From the IMG/VR virus record IMGVR_UViG_3300004481_000271, positions 44,942 to 108,941 of that record: a DNA stretch of 64,000 nt; one strand, given 5' to 3'. Shown one piece after another: positions 1-9,615 of the stretch. The notes under the pieces were generated by a model. That model was given only the letters and a program-made list of their open reading frames with translations, searched no databases and was not told the DNA's origin. The position numbers and the translations under genes are program-made. Position 1 is the first letter of the stretch. Each line of letters opens with the position of its first letter. Source of the stretch: a virus.

Positions 1-771
1 CTTCGAGATCGCGAGGGCCTCGACGTTTCCAGCGGTCCCGCCCCCGGTTCTGTAGTCAACGTCGATCGACCCCTGGGGGATCGCCCCGTTGATCCCGTTC
101 CCAAAGCGGATCGTCGCCCGGTCGTTTTCGTCGACCGTGACCGTGAAGTGCCGATCGCTCGAGGTCGAGGAGAGGAAGTCGTCGACCTGGGAGTAGGTTC
201 CATCGCCGGCGGTGACGTCTGCCGTCGCGTCGAGGTAGGGCGAATCGGAGAGGAGGAACTCCTGATTCGGGAGCCCCGTCGAGGTGAAGGTCTCGGTCGC
301 GTCGAGGGAGTTTTGAACCGTGACGATCGCGGTCGGAGGGTCGGTCCCGGCGGTGATCGTGACGTCGGCGTCGATGACCTGGAAGACGATCGGGTCGGTG
401 ATCTCGAGCGTCCGGAAGGTGTCCCCGATCGCGAAGGTCACGTCCCCGACCGGCGGAGCTCCGAGGGTCACGACGAGCTCGGCCGTCGAGGCGATCGCAC
501 CGTCCGGGGTGTAGCCGAGGAGCTTCGCGAGCCCGAGGAGGGACTTCCGGAGCTGGGCGGTCGTGATCCTCGACTCCCGCGATTGGTTGTCCTGGTAGAA
601 GAGGAGGACGTCCCCGACGTGGGCGTTCAGCTCGAGGAGGATGTTCCCGAAGTTGGCGACGTTGAAGTCGGTCCATTCGGGGAAGGCCCCCCGGACGAGA
701 TTGATCAACCGAGCCCGGAGGGAGTCGAAGTCCTTGTCGGTGTAGTCGACCGATGCCCCGAGGAGTGCCAT
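1..771 (-). CDS. Baseplate J/gp47-like wedge protein (runs off window edge)
   Basis: My translation from ATG 771: MALLGASVDYTDKDFDSLRARL...WTDFNVANFGNILLEL...LLFYQDNQSRE...AKLLGY, typical baseplate J N-terminus; follows gp25-like gene. Confidence 0.88.
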   Translation of the reverse strand, partial: MALLGASVDYTDKDFDSLRARLINLVRGAFPEWTDFNVANFGNILLELNAHVGDVLLFYQDNQSRESRITTAQLRKSLLGLAKLLGYTPDGAIASTAELVVTLGAPPVGDVTFAIGDTFRTLEITDPIVFQVIDADVTITAGTDPPTAIVTVQNSLDATETFTSTGLPNQEFLLSDSPYLDATADVTAGDGTYSQVDDFLSSTSSDRHFTVTVDENDRATIRFGNGINGAIPQGSIDVDYRTGGGTAGNVEALAISK

Positions 772-799
772 CGGCCCGAGTCTACCGCGGGCGGGCGCG

Positions 800-1318
800 T
801 TACTCCAGCGGGACGACGGCCTCGAGCCCTGGGAGGAGGACGGCGTTCCCGGCGGAGTTGCGGTCGACGAGGTCGAACCGGACCCGGATCGCGATCGCGA
901 CCTCGCCGAGTCCCTCGACCTCCTCGGAGTAGATCTCGACTCCGGTCACCCGGACGCGAGGCTCCCAGCGGACGAGAGCCTCGGCGATGTAGATCCTCGC
1001 GAGCTCGCGGGTCGTGTCGTCGTTTGGGGCGTGCCGGAGGAGGTAGAGCTTCGACCCGAACTCGGTCCGCCAGGCAAGCTCGCCCTGGGAGAAGTCCGAG
1101 GCGGCCCTCGTTCCGAGAACCTGGCCGACGCAAGCGGTCACGAGCTTGACCCCGCCGGCGGCGGCCCAGTCGAGCTTCCGGTCCCGCCGGAAGGGGCGAA
1201 GGATACCGTAACCGAAGAGGTCGCCTCCCCCGATGAGCTTCGGCGAGGGCCCGACCTCCGTCGTCCTCGTCGTCGTGGGGAGTCCGCTCGAAACGGGGTA
1301 TGAAGCATCCCGGCTCAT
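800..1318 (-). CDS. Baseplate wedge protein, GPW/gp25 family
   Basis: GELAWRTEFGS and ALVRWEPRVRV motifs; position upstream of J. Confidence 0.88.
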   Translation of the reverse strand: MSRDASYPVSSGLPTTTRTTEVGPSPKLIGGGDLFGYGILRPFRRDRKLDWAAAGGVKLVTACVGQVLGTRAASDFSQGELAWRTEFGSKLYLLRHAPNDDTTRELARIYIAEALVRWEPRVRVTGVEIYSEEVEGLGEVAIAIRVRFDLVDRNSAGNAVLLPGLEAVVPLE

Positions 1319-1770
1319 GTTTCGAGATTACCAGACGGGTCGACGGCGAACACTCGGACCGTGACCGTCGTCCCCGTCGGCCATCCTCCGGTCCGCCGGA
1401 GGGAGAAGCGGAAGCCGTTCGCGATCGCGGTGCGGGTCGAACGGGCGGCGTAGCGGGCGGTAAAGGCGGCCCCGTCGTGAGCGAGCTCCTGGTCGGCGGT
1501 CCTCGATAGGAAGGCGACGACGAGGACCCGCCCAAGCGTGCCGGAGTCGTCGGTGACGTCGAAGACGAGGGCATCCCCGGCTTCGATCTGGGTCCCCTCG
1601 AGCGGCGAGACGAAGGTCACGACAGGAGGAACCTCGTCGAAGAGCGGAACCTCCCGACACGGCGGGATCGCGGCCGGAGTCATGTCGACGGCGACGAGTT
1701 GAACAAGCTCGCCGTCGTCGGGGATCTCGAGCGGAACGATGGTCACTACTTCGAGAGGATAGTCGGCCAT
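1315..1770 (-). CDS. Ig-like virion protein (hypothetical)
   Basis: Beta-rich PPVVTFVSP...VTVRVFAVDPSGN; overlaps next gene by ATGA. Confidence 0.6.
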   Translation of the reverse strand: MADYPLEVVTIVPLEIPDDGELVQLVAVDMTPAAIPPCREVPLFDEVPPVVTFVSPLEGTQIEAGDALVFDVTDDSGTLGRVLVVAFLSRTADQELAHDGAAFTARYAARSTRTAIANGFRFSLRRTGGWPTGTTVTVRVFAVDPSGNLET

Positions 1771-1772
1771 TG

Positions 1773-2765
1773 TCACACCACGAGAGGCGTCGAGGAACCA
1801 TCCCAAAGATCGGCAATGAGAACTTCGTCGAGATAGAGATAGTTGTAGCTATCCCCGGTGTTCGGGTAGGCGCGAGGAACCCCGGGCGCGAAAACCCATC
1901 GGGAAACGCCAAGGTAGCCGGCGACGGTTTTCTCGACGGCAATCGCCGGGATCGCTCGTTCCTTCCCGTCGTACAAGTTGACCTTCCCATGAAGGGGAAA
2001 ATACTGTGAGCCACCATAAGGAAAGTCGAGCTGAGTCCGAAGGAACGACTCGGCTCCTCCCCCGACGTCAGCCCATGTAAATCCGTCCGCAAGCGCCAAG
2101 ACTGAAGGCGTCAGCGCGATATTTCCGAGGAACAATGCAAGGGGGCTTGCCTCTCCGGTTGCCACTTGGCGGAGGTCGTCGAGCTTGCCCCAACCGTTCA
2201 GGTTGTTCGGATTGATGACCTCCCCAATGAAGAACCCATATTCTCCCGCTGGTGATGGAGTATCGTCCGCGGCGACGTGCGTCACGTTGGCAGTCGTACC
2301 GGCAGCGAATACTGACTGGGGGTTATCCTTCGTTCCGGATACGTTGAACGTAGCTTCATCGGTGGCACTCGGGAAGGTATCCGCGCTCCCTCCGGTGAAC
2401 CCCGCCGCCCTGGAATAACCGCCCCACCAATAACCATCGACGTTGGAGTTTTTCGAGTTATACCGCGTGAAGAGAATCTCGCGGTTTCCGTCCGGGTCCT
2501 GCATAACGAACCAGCATTTCGGGCCGCCGAGAGCCTCGAGTCCGACTCCGATTCCGACGTTCGCCGGCGGAGGGTGCGGGTCGCCCGGGTAGACGATGGA
2601 AGACCCCACGACGACGGATCCGAAGACGTCGGAGGTGGCATAGACCCCGTTCGTTCCGGACCCGCTCGCCTTCACCGTCCATCCCGCGGCCTTGAGCGTT
2701 TCCTTGAGCCACCACATGCAGTGGTTTCCGCCGAAGCCGGTCTTGTTCAAGTTGCGATGGAGCAT
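1773..2765 (-). CDS. Putative tail/baseplate-associated receptor-binding protein
   Basis: Gly/aromatic-rich 330 aa within baseplate cluster; visibly lower GC than neighbours; start ATG 2765 after GGAGG. Confidence 0.5.
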   Translation of the reverse strand: MLHRNLNKTGFGGNHCMWWLKETLKAAGWTVKASGSGTNGVYATSDVFGSVVVGSSIVYPGDPHPPPANVGIGVGLEALGGPKCWFVMQDPDGNREILFTRYNSKNSNVDGYWWGGYSRAAGFTGGSADTFPSATDEATFNVSGTKDNPQSVFAAGTTANVTHVAADDTPSPAGEYGFFIGEVINPNNLNGWGKLDDLRQVATGEASPLALFLGNIALTPSVLALADGFTWADVGGGAESFLRTQLDFPYGGSQYFPLHGKVNLYDGKERAIPAIAVEKTVAGYLGVSRWVFAPGVPRAYPNTGDSYNYLYLDEVLIADLWDGSSTPLVV

Positions 2766-2833
2766 CCCGCCCTCCGTCGGCAAGCGTACCGCAAACCTCC
2801 CCCCAAGCCCAGCCCGTAGCGGCGCCAGAGGCA

Positions 2834-2860
2834 CCCCAGGACGTCCGGAAGCTCCGGAGG
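2834..2860 (-). repeat. 27-bp intergenic repeat (26/27 identical to 16162-16188)
   Basis: CCCCAGGACGTCCGGAAGCYCCGGAGG on plus strand. Confidence 0.7.
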
Positions 2861-2924
2861 GTCCGACCTACCGCCTCGAGCTCCTCGGGCCGTCCTGGGG
2901 CATTCTCGCGGGCGTCTCGAGGTC

Positions 2925-3632
2925 CTAGAGCGGGATCGCTGCCCGGACGAGCTCGAGGGCGTCGGCGATCGCTCGGACTTGCTCGGCGGCGGCCCCGATG
3001 TCGTCCCCGAGGTCGCCGAGGGTCGGGATCGGTGGCATCCCGGGAACGAGGGCCCCGAAGGTGTTCAGGAGCTCGATCATGGAGTCGACCGGCCCCGAGC
3101 TCGCTTGGAGATTCGCGAGCTGGGCGGCGAGGGTGTCGGAACCGCAAGCGGCGGCCTGGCGAAGGGCGTCGAGGTTCTCCGACTCGGCGATCTCGACCGC
3201 CCGCTGGATTCGGTCCTCGAAGGCGGCGAGGACCTCGAGGGTCTCGGCGACCCCGTCGAGGTAGGTCGCGACGACCCCTATCAAGTCGAGGACCATCGCG
3301 GGGACGGAGAGCTGGGGGACGAGGGCGGCGAGGTTGGAGACCTTCTCGACGAGCTCGTCGATCGCCTCGAAGAGGGCGGTCGGATCGGTGAGGATTCCGG
3401 GGACGGCGACGATCGCATCCTTGATCGCGATGACCGCCCCGATGATGTCGAAGATCGGGGAGAGCGGCGCCATGGCGGCGGTCGTTTGCGCCATGAGCTG
3501 TTGCGCGAGGGCGAGCGGCGGCGCGTCGATCCCGGGGAGCGAAGCGCAGACCCGCACGCCTCCCGGCATCCGGACGCAGAGCTCGTGGTTCCGAACCTGG
3601 ACCTCGGGGCACTCGATCTCGACCGTGGGCAT
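2925..3632 (-). CDS. Helical hypothetical protein in baseplate cluster
   Basis: Good codon pattern, amphipathic Ala/Leu helices, downstream of spike gene. Confidence 0.7.
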   Translation of the reverse strand: MPTVEIECPEVQVRNHELCVRMPGGVRVCASLPGIDAPPLALAQQLMAQTTAAMAPLSPIFDIIGAVIAIKDAIVAVPGILTDPTALFEAIDELVEKVSNLAALVPQLSVPAMVLDLIGVVATYLDGVAETLEVLAAFEDRIQRAVEIAESENLDALRQAAACGSDTLAAQLANLQASSGPVDSMIELLNTFGALVPGMPPIPTLGDLGDDIGAAAEQVRAIADALELVRAAIPL

Positions 3633-3648
3633 CGGCGGCCCCCTTCCC

Positions 3649-4227
3649 CTAGATCGGCTCGGTCGACGGCGCGACCGGCCTCCCGTTGATCGTGACGTTC
3701 ACCCCCTCGATCGCGACGGTCCCGATCGCGGCGATTCGGATCGACGAGGTCGCGGTGATCGACATCTGTCGCGTGAGACCGTTCAGCTCGACCCCGTCGC
3801 CGGAGACCTTGTCGGAGAGGAGGAGCCCGGGGGTGTCGAGGGAGTCGTCGAGGACGACGAGCCAGCGGTCCGTCTCGAGGACCTTGACCTTCGGTGCGTC
3901 GGCCGGCGACTTCGCGGAGACGCGGGCGTTCAGCCCGGAGGTCCTCCGCGGAGCTCGGAAGCATCCCGGGATGTAGTGGACCTCGTCGACGTCCCCTTGA
4001 TGGAACCAGACCGCGACCTCGGCGCCGACCTCGGGAACGAAGAAGAGCCCGAGGGAACCGGCGCCTCCGCCGACGTTCAGCGGGAGGGCCCATCCCGAGC
4101 TCGGCTCGAGAAGCCCGGGGACGCGAACCTTGACCCGTCCGACCTTCAACGGGTCGGCGTTGTCGGTCACGACCCCGCGGTAAAGGGCGGTGAAGCGCGG
4201 GTCACCGGCGCCGTCGTGCTCGTCCAT
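3649..4227 (-). CDS. Baseplate assembly protein V / gp5-like spike (OB fold)
   Basis: YRGVVTDNADPLKVGRVKVRVP...WA...FFVPEVGAEVAVWFHQGD motif. Confidence 0.92.
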   Translation of the reverse strand: MDEHDGAGDPRFTALYRGVVTDNADPLKVGRVKVRVPGLLEPSSGWALPLNVGGGAGSLGLFFVPEVGAEVAVWFHQGDVDEVHYIPGCFRAPRRTSGLNARVSAKSPADAPKVKVLETDRWLVVLDDSLDTPGLLLSDKVSGDGVELNGLTRQMSITATSSIRIAAIGTVAIEGVNVTINGRPVAPSTEPI

Positions 4228-4228
4228 G

Positions 4229-5683
4229 TTAGGACCCTCCTCCCGAGCTCGGAGTCACGCCTCCGCCTCCCGAGCTCGCCCTCCGGCCCGGTTGCTCTCT
4301 CCTCGAGCTCCGCCTCGGGGGCGACCCCGTCGGCGGGGTGTAGACGACCTCGGTCCTCCTCGTCTCGGGGTCGACCCGCTCGATCCACTCGGCCGGCCGA
4401 GCGTCCCCGTCCCCGTCACGGGTCGCGGTATCCTGGTCTTCCCCATCTTGACGGTTCCGCCGGCCCCGGTTCGCCGGACCCCCGTCGAGGAGCTCGACCC
4501 CTCGAGCGGCCCTCGAGCTCGTCGAATGCCCGCCGTGCCCGTCGGAGATCGCCGAGACCTTCATCCGGTAGCCCCCGGAGTCGAGGGTGTGCTCGACCTC
4601 CTTGACGTAGTAGCGGATCGAGAGCCGTTGTCCGACCCCGTCGAGCTGGAAGACGGTCTTCGCGTAAAACTGGGGGTCCCCGATGACTTCCATGGAGAGC
4701 TTGACCGCCATCTGCCGATGGCGCCGAGCTCGAGCTCGAGCTTGACGGACGGCGGTCGTCGGCGAGGAAGTCGACGTCGGACGGACCTCGTCCTGGGCGA
4801 CGTTCCCCTCGTGAGCGTCCGGCGGCCGGCCGAAGTCTGGGTTCCTCCGGGCGGCCCTCGTTTCGGGATCGATGAGCTCGAAGACCGGCGCGAGCCCCGT
4901 CTCCCCCGAGGCTCGGCTTCCGCCCTCGCCGGAGTCGCCGGCGACGTCCTCTCCCTCGAGGGGGTTCCGGCCGGCGGTCCGGACGCGGGCGGGCCTCGCG
5001 GTGATGTCGTTCTCGACGTTGATCGAGAGGATCTCCCCGACGGTCGGGTCGGTGTAGTAACGGAAGCGCCGGACCGGTTGCTCGTCGGTTCGCCTCGGAT
5101 GGAAGTGCAGCCCATCCCAATCAACGAAGAACTCGAAGCCCTCGTCGGTCGCGAGGCGGCGAAGAAACTGGGCGTCGGTCAAGCGAGCCTGGGAGATCGA
5201 CGGGAGGACCTCCTCGGTGTCCTCGATCTCGACGTCCTCGAAGCCGTTCTCTTGGGCGATCTGTCGGACGACGTCGGACCGCCGGAGGTTCTCGAAGAGC
5301 CTGGTCCGGACGATCCGGTTCATGGTGACGGACCGAGCGCGGGCCTCGATCGAGAGCTGTTGGAAGCCGGAGACCTTCGTGATGACGAGCTCCCGCGGCG
5401 TCGACATCCTCCCGGGGTAGCCCCAGGCGGCCCGGATGACGTTCCCCTTCTTCCAGAGGGGATCGTCGAAGTTGGAGAGGTCGAAGTTGTCGACCGTGAG
5501 CTTCATCGTGTCGGCGGCCCGCTCCGAGTCGGTGAAGGAGAAGGAGAGGACGCGGATCGAGTTGTCCGGCGCCGGCGTCCCCCGGCCGGCGGGGTCGACG
5601 AGGGCGAGGCGGTCCTCGCCGGACTCGGTCTCGACGGTGACCCAGAACTGCGGTTCGGTCCGGATGAAGGGTCGGACACTCAC
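4229..5683 (-). CDS. Baseplate hub / late control D-like protein
   Basis: SDVVRQIAQENG...Q...TDAQFLRRLA...GFEFFV...LHF motifs; position. Confidence 0.88.
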   Translation of the reverse strand: MSVRPFIRTEPQFWVTVETESGEDRLALVDPAGRGTPAPDNSIRVLSFSFTDSERAADTMKLTVDNFDLSNFDDPLWKKGNVIRAAWGYPGRMSTPRELVITKVSGFQQLSIEARARSVTMNRIVRTRLFENLRRSDVVRQIAQENGFEDVEIEDTEEVLPSISQARLTDAQFLRRLATDEGFEFFVDWDGLHFHPRRTDEQPVRRFRYYTDPTVGEILSINVENDITARPARVRTAGRNPLEGEDVAGDSGEGGSRASGETGLAPVFELIDPETRAARRNPDFGRPPDAHEGNVAQDEVRPTSTSSPTTAVRQARARARRHRQMAVKLSMEVIGDPQFYAKTVFQLDGVGQRLSIRYYVKEVEHTLDSGGYRMKVSAISDGHGGHSTSSRAARGVELLDGGPANRGRRNRQDGEDQDTATRDGDGDARPAEWIERVDPETRRTEVVYTPPTGSPPRRSSRREQPGRRASSGGGGVTPSSGGGS

Positions 5684-6027
5684 CCCGAGACCCTCCTCTC
5701 CTCCGAGAAGATCTTCTCCTCGACCGTCCGGAGGGAGGGGATCACGACGATCGAGCCAACCGGGAGCTCGACGGTCGGGTCATGGATCGGCTGGGGTTGG
5801 AAGTCGGCGATGACCCACCATAGCCCGGACGGCCTCGGGAGCCCGCGGAAGTAGCGCCCGGCAAGGCTCCACAGGGTATCCCCGGCCCGGATGACGTGGG
5901 CCCGGTTGTCGGAGAGCTGGGCGAAGGGAAAGGGTTCTCGCTCGACGAGGAAGAGCTCCTTCTCGCCGAGGTCGTCGAAGCGGACGCCGGTCGTGTAGAT
6001 GTACCGCGATCGGGCTCGAGGCGGCAT
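5680..6027 (-). CDS. LysM-domain tail protein
   Basis: HVIRAGDTLWSLAGRYF...LWWVIADF...GSIVVIP. Confidence 0.88.
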   Translation of the reverse strand: MPPRARSRYIYTTGVRFDDLGEKELFLVEREPFPFAQLSDNRAHVIRAGDTLWSLAGRYFRGLPRPSGLWWVIADFQPQPIHDPTVELPVGSIVVIPSLRTVEEKIFSEERRVSG

Positions 6028-6030
6028 CGG

Positions 6031-6600
6031 TCAGCCCTCCTCGGGGAAGGGGTTCGGGCGGAACTTCAAAGCGGCGGGAACGTCGCCCCCTGGAACGTGC
6101 CCGTAGCGGAGGCTCGAGTCGTCCCGGACCTCGGCCGAAGTGATCCGGACGTCGCGGATCTCCTCGATCGCAAGCGTCGCTCTCGAAACCCTCGCTTGCC
6201 CGTACCGGTTGAAGAACTCGTGAGAGAAGCGAACCGCGGTCACGATACAGGTCAAGGAAAGCATCCTCGGCCAGACAAAGAGGATGCGAGGCGGAGCTCC
6301 TCCGGCGATCGTTTCCGCTCCGCCCTTCGGGAAGCAAAGGGACTTGAGAAAGCGCCGCTGTTGCCGCATGAGCTCGAGGTCCGCCGGTGTCATCGCCCGC
6401 CAGAAGAGCTCGACGGAGAAGGACTCGTTCCCGGTGTAGCCGAACTGGAGAGGTTGATGTGAGAGCCCGGGGACGGTGAGCTTCGACCATGAGACCTGGA
6501 TCTCCTCCTCGAGCCGTTCGGGATTGAAGAGGACCCGGAGGGTCTCGTTCGTCTCGAGGTTGGAGATCGTCATCTTCGCGCCGGCCTGCCAGTCGGGCAT
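6031..6600 (-). CDS. Tail tube initiator (contractile injection system tube-like protein)
   Basis: FNPE...VPGLSHQPLQFG...PPRILFVW motifs; between tape measure and LysM genes. Confidence 0.8.
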   Translation of the reverse strand: MPDWQAGAKMTISNLETNETLRVLFNPERLEEEIQVSWSKLTVPGLSHQPLQFGYTGNESFSVELFWRAMTPADLELMRQQRRFLKSLCFPKGGAETIAGGAPPRILFVWPRMLSLTCIVTAVRFSHEFFNRYGQARVSRATLAIEEIRDVRITSAEVRDDSSLRYGHVPGGDVPAALKFRPNPFPEEG

Positions 6601-9267
6601 CTAGTCCTCCACTCCGACCGGGGCGAACTCCCCGGCGGCGGCCGACCGAGCTCCGCCTCGAGTCGCCCGAGCGATCGCCTCGCCGTCGACCTGGACAACG
6701 ATCGGTTGTGCGGCGGCGAGTCGCATCGCGCCGACGGCCTGGCGAAGGGCCTCGCGGTCCCCGCCGGACATCCGGACGGCCTCCGCCATCCGAGCCCCGG
6801 CGGCCTCGCCCCGAGCTCCGGCGACCGAGGGTTGCGCGGCGGCAGCGGTCGGCTCCCCTCGACGAGCTGCCTTCATCGCCTCGCTTCTGGCGCGGAGCTC
6901 CGCTTGCTGCTCTCGGCCGGCAACAAACCCCCCCATCGCTTGCTCGGCCCCGCCCCAGCCGAGGGCCTGGCGGACCGGGGCGGGGACGATCTGCATCATG
7001 CCGAGGATCGCGCGGGAGACGCTCTCGGCGACTCCGAGAACGGCGTCGCGGAACCGATACCAGGCTTCAACCTGTCGGTTGACCCAGCCCTCGACGGCGG
7101 AGAATCCGGCGGCGAGGGTGTCGACGGTCCAGTTGTAGGCGCGGACGAGGGCGGCGAGGACCTCGATCGTGACGCCGATGTAGGACGCGAAGAAGATCAA
7201 GGCGGGGACGAGGAGGTCGACGAAGACTCGCCCGAGCTCGCGGAAGACGGACATCCCCTCGCGCCCCTGCCCCGCGGCCTGTTCCTGCATCCCGAAGGCT
7301 TCGCGGAGGGCGTCGACGAGCCGACCAACCGAAGAGGAGAGAGCATCCCACACGAGCCGGAGGGTCGGGAGCCATTCCTGAAACTGCGAGACCATTCCTT
7401 GTGCGAACTGGACGACGTTCCGAATCCCGTCGACGATGATCACGATCGCTCGGCCGACGACTCGGCCGACCTGCATCCCGACCTCCATGAAGCGTTGCAT
7501 CGGGGTCGATGCTCCGGCCTCCGTCGCCTCCCCGATGAAGCCGAGCTGGCGGCCGAGCTGTTGCAGCGCGCGGACGAGGGCTCGAGCGGCCGGAGCTCCG
7601 GCCGCGAAGGCTTCGTTGAAGCCCTTCCGGATCCCGGAGAAGAAGCGCCGAGCTCGAGCGTAGAGGGCAAAGAGGTTGATGATGAAGGGACGAATCCCTC
7701 GGTTGCTCGCGAGGGAGAGCTCACCGGCGACCGCCTTCGAGAAGCCCCCCCTCGTGAGGAGCTCGCGGAGAGCTCGGAAGCCGAGGGAGACCCTCGCGAA
7801 GACATTCCGGACCCAGTCGCCGATCCCGCCGAGGTTGTAGCGGATCGCCAGCCCGAGGGCGATGAACCCCGAGGCGAGGACGGCGACGGCGGCGACGACC
7901 GGCAAGGTCGCGAGAAGGATCACCCCCATCGTGATCGCCATGATCTTCAAGAACGGGAGGATCAAGGCGACCGAGAAGCCGAGGATCCCGAGCCCTCCCA
8001 TCGCGGTCACGAGGGCACCGATCGCGATGACGATCGCGGCGATCGCGGTCCCTACCTCCTCGGGGACTGCGTTGAAGACCCGGATAAAGAAGTTGAGGAG
8101 GTTCGTCAGGGCGGCGACGAAGGGACGGAAGGCGCGGGCGAACGCCTCGCCGAGGACGACTTGAAGGGTCTGGAGGGTCCCCTGCAAGAGGACCCGTTGA
8201 CCGCGGAAGGTGTCGAGCATCCTCTGGCGAAACTGCTCGGCGGCGCCGTCGGCGTTTCGCATCGTTCCGCGGAGGAAGTCGACAGCCTCGGCCCCGCGAA
8301 CGATCTCGCCCCGAGCGTTCCGCATCCCGGTTGTGAGCTGTTGCGTGATCCCGGTGACCGCCGTCAACCCGAACCGGCCGAAGAGCTCGGAGGCGACGGC
8401 GGCCCGCTCCGCCTCGTTCGGGAACCGCTCGCCGAGGGCGACCCCGGCTTCGCGAACGACGTCGAGGAAGTCGCGGAAGTTGCCCTGGGCATCGGTGACG
8501 TTCACCCCGAGACGTTGCCGGATCTGGTCGGAGTTGCGCGCCATGAAGATCAAGGCGGAGGAGACGGAGCTCGCGGCGACGCTCGCCTCGACACCGGTGT
8601 TCCGGACGAGACCGATCGCGGGGAGCATCTCCTCGAGGGACTGGCCGGTCGCGGCGGCGCCGCGGGAGACCGTTCCGAGGGCGAGGGCGAGCTCGTTGTG
8701 CTGTAGGGCGGTCACGTTCGCGATCCGAAGGAGCCGGTCGGTTGCGTAGCCCGCTTGATCGGCCTGTAGCCCGAAGACGCGGAGGGCGGCTCCGACGCTC
8801 TGGGCGGCGAGGGAGACGTCGATCTGTCCTCCCGCGGCGAGGTCGAGGGCACCCCCGAGAGCTTGCATGGATTGCTGGGCGTCGAAGCCTCGGACGGCGA
8901 GCTCGGCGAGTCCCTGGGCGGCCTCCGTCGGCGAGAACTGGGTCGCGATGCCCGCCTCGATCGCCCGGTCTCGAAGGGCGCGCATGTCGTCGGCCCCCGC
9001 CATGGAAAGCGCGCCGACTCGTGCCATGGTCTGGCCGAACTCGGACGAAGCGTCGGCGAGGTCGAAGGCGCCTCGCAGCGTCCCGACCCCGGTCGCCATG
9101 GTCGCGACCGAAGCTCCGACCCCGAGGGCGGCCGCTTGCATGATACCGCTCGAGAGCCGCGCCCTCGTAGCTTGCCGGTCGAAGGCTCCCCCGACTCGGT
9201 TGATCACCCCCGTCGCCTGGTCGCGGGCGGTGAAAATGTAGCCCATGCCGGCTTGGTTCAAAGCCAT
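6601..9267 (-). CDS. Tail tape measure protein (TP901-type core)
   Basis: 888 aa helical, TQFSPTEAAQGL...LDLAAGG motif, hydrophobic central segments. Confidence 0.93.
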   Translation of the reverse strand: MALNQAGMGYIFTARDQATGVINRVGGAFDRQATRARLSSGIMQAAALGVGASVATMATGVGTLRGAFDLADASSEFGQTMARVGALSMAGADDMRALRDRAIEAGIATQFSPTEAAQGLAELAVRGFDAQQSMQALGGALDLAAGGQIDVSLAAQSVGAALRVFGLQADQAGYATDRLLRIANVTALQHNELALALGTVSRGAAATGQSLEEMLPAIGLVRNTGVEASVAASSVSSALIFMARNSDQIRQRLGVNVTDAQGNFRDFLDVVREAGVALGERFPNEAERAAVASELFGRFGLTAVTGITQQLTTGMRNARGEIVRGAEAVDFLRGTMRNADGAAEQFRQRMLDTFRGQRVLLQGTLQTLQVVLGEAFARAFRPFVAALTNLLNFFIRVFNAVPEEVGTAIAAIVIAIGALVTAMGGLGILGFSVALILPFLKIMAITMGVILLATLPVVAAVAVLASGFIALGLAIRYNLGGIGDWVRNVFARVSLGFRALRELLTRGGFSKAVAGELSLASNRGIRPFIINLFALYARARRFFSGIRKGFNEAFAAGAPAARALVRALQQLGRQLGFIGEATEAGASTPMQRFMEVGMQVGRVVGRAIVIIVDGIRNVVQFAQGMVSQFQEWLPTLRLVWDALSSSVGRLVDALREAFGMQEQAAGQGREGMSVFRELGRVFVDLLVPALIFFASYIGVTIEVLAALVRAYNWTVDTLAAGFSAVEGWVNRQVEAWYRFRDAVLGVAESVSRAILGMMQIVPAPVRQALGWGGAEQAMGGFVAGREQQAELRARSEAMKAARRGEPTAAAAQPSVAGARGEAAGARMAEAVRMSGGDREALRQAVGAMRLAAAQPIVVQVDGEAIARATRGGARSAAAGEFAPVGVED

Positions 9268-9279
9268 GACTCCCCCAGT

Positions 9280-9615
9280 CTACCGCCGGCGGTTCGCCTT
9301 CTCCAGAGCCTTCGCCTCCCGCCGGCGTTGTTCCTCGAGGAAGTCGAGGGCGGCCTCGAGCTCGCCGATCGACATCTCGAGGACGTCCGCCCGGGTGAAC
9401 GAGTAGCCCGAACCCCCGTGAACGGAGTAGCAGAGGGTCCGCGTCGCAGCCCAGACGTCCTCGAGCGGGAGCTCGGGGATCAGTCCGAAGAGGGCGACGG
9501 GTCTTCCTGGCCGGCCAGCGGCAGCGCGGGTCCGCCCCGTCGAGCTCGTCGAGCTCGAGCCCGCCGTCTCTCCGACGGCTTCTTCGGGACAAACATGCGC
9601 TGCAAGTCCAAAGGG
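9280..9615 (-). CDS. Tail chaperone downstream (T-like) frame, probably reached by -1 frameshift
   Basis: -1 frame open from ~9618 to TAG 9280, encoding ...LCYSVHGGSGYSFTRADVLEMSIGELEAALDFLEEQRRRE; in-phase C CCT TTG heptamer at 9609-9615; not in supplied ORF track. Confidence 0.65.
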   Translation of the reverse strand, partial: PFGLAAHVCPEEAVGETAGSSSTSSTGRTRAAAGRPGRPVALFGLIPELPLEDVWAATRTLCYSVHGGSGYSFTRADVLEMSIGELEAALDFLEEQRRREAKALEKANRRR

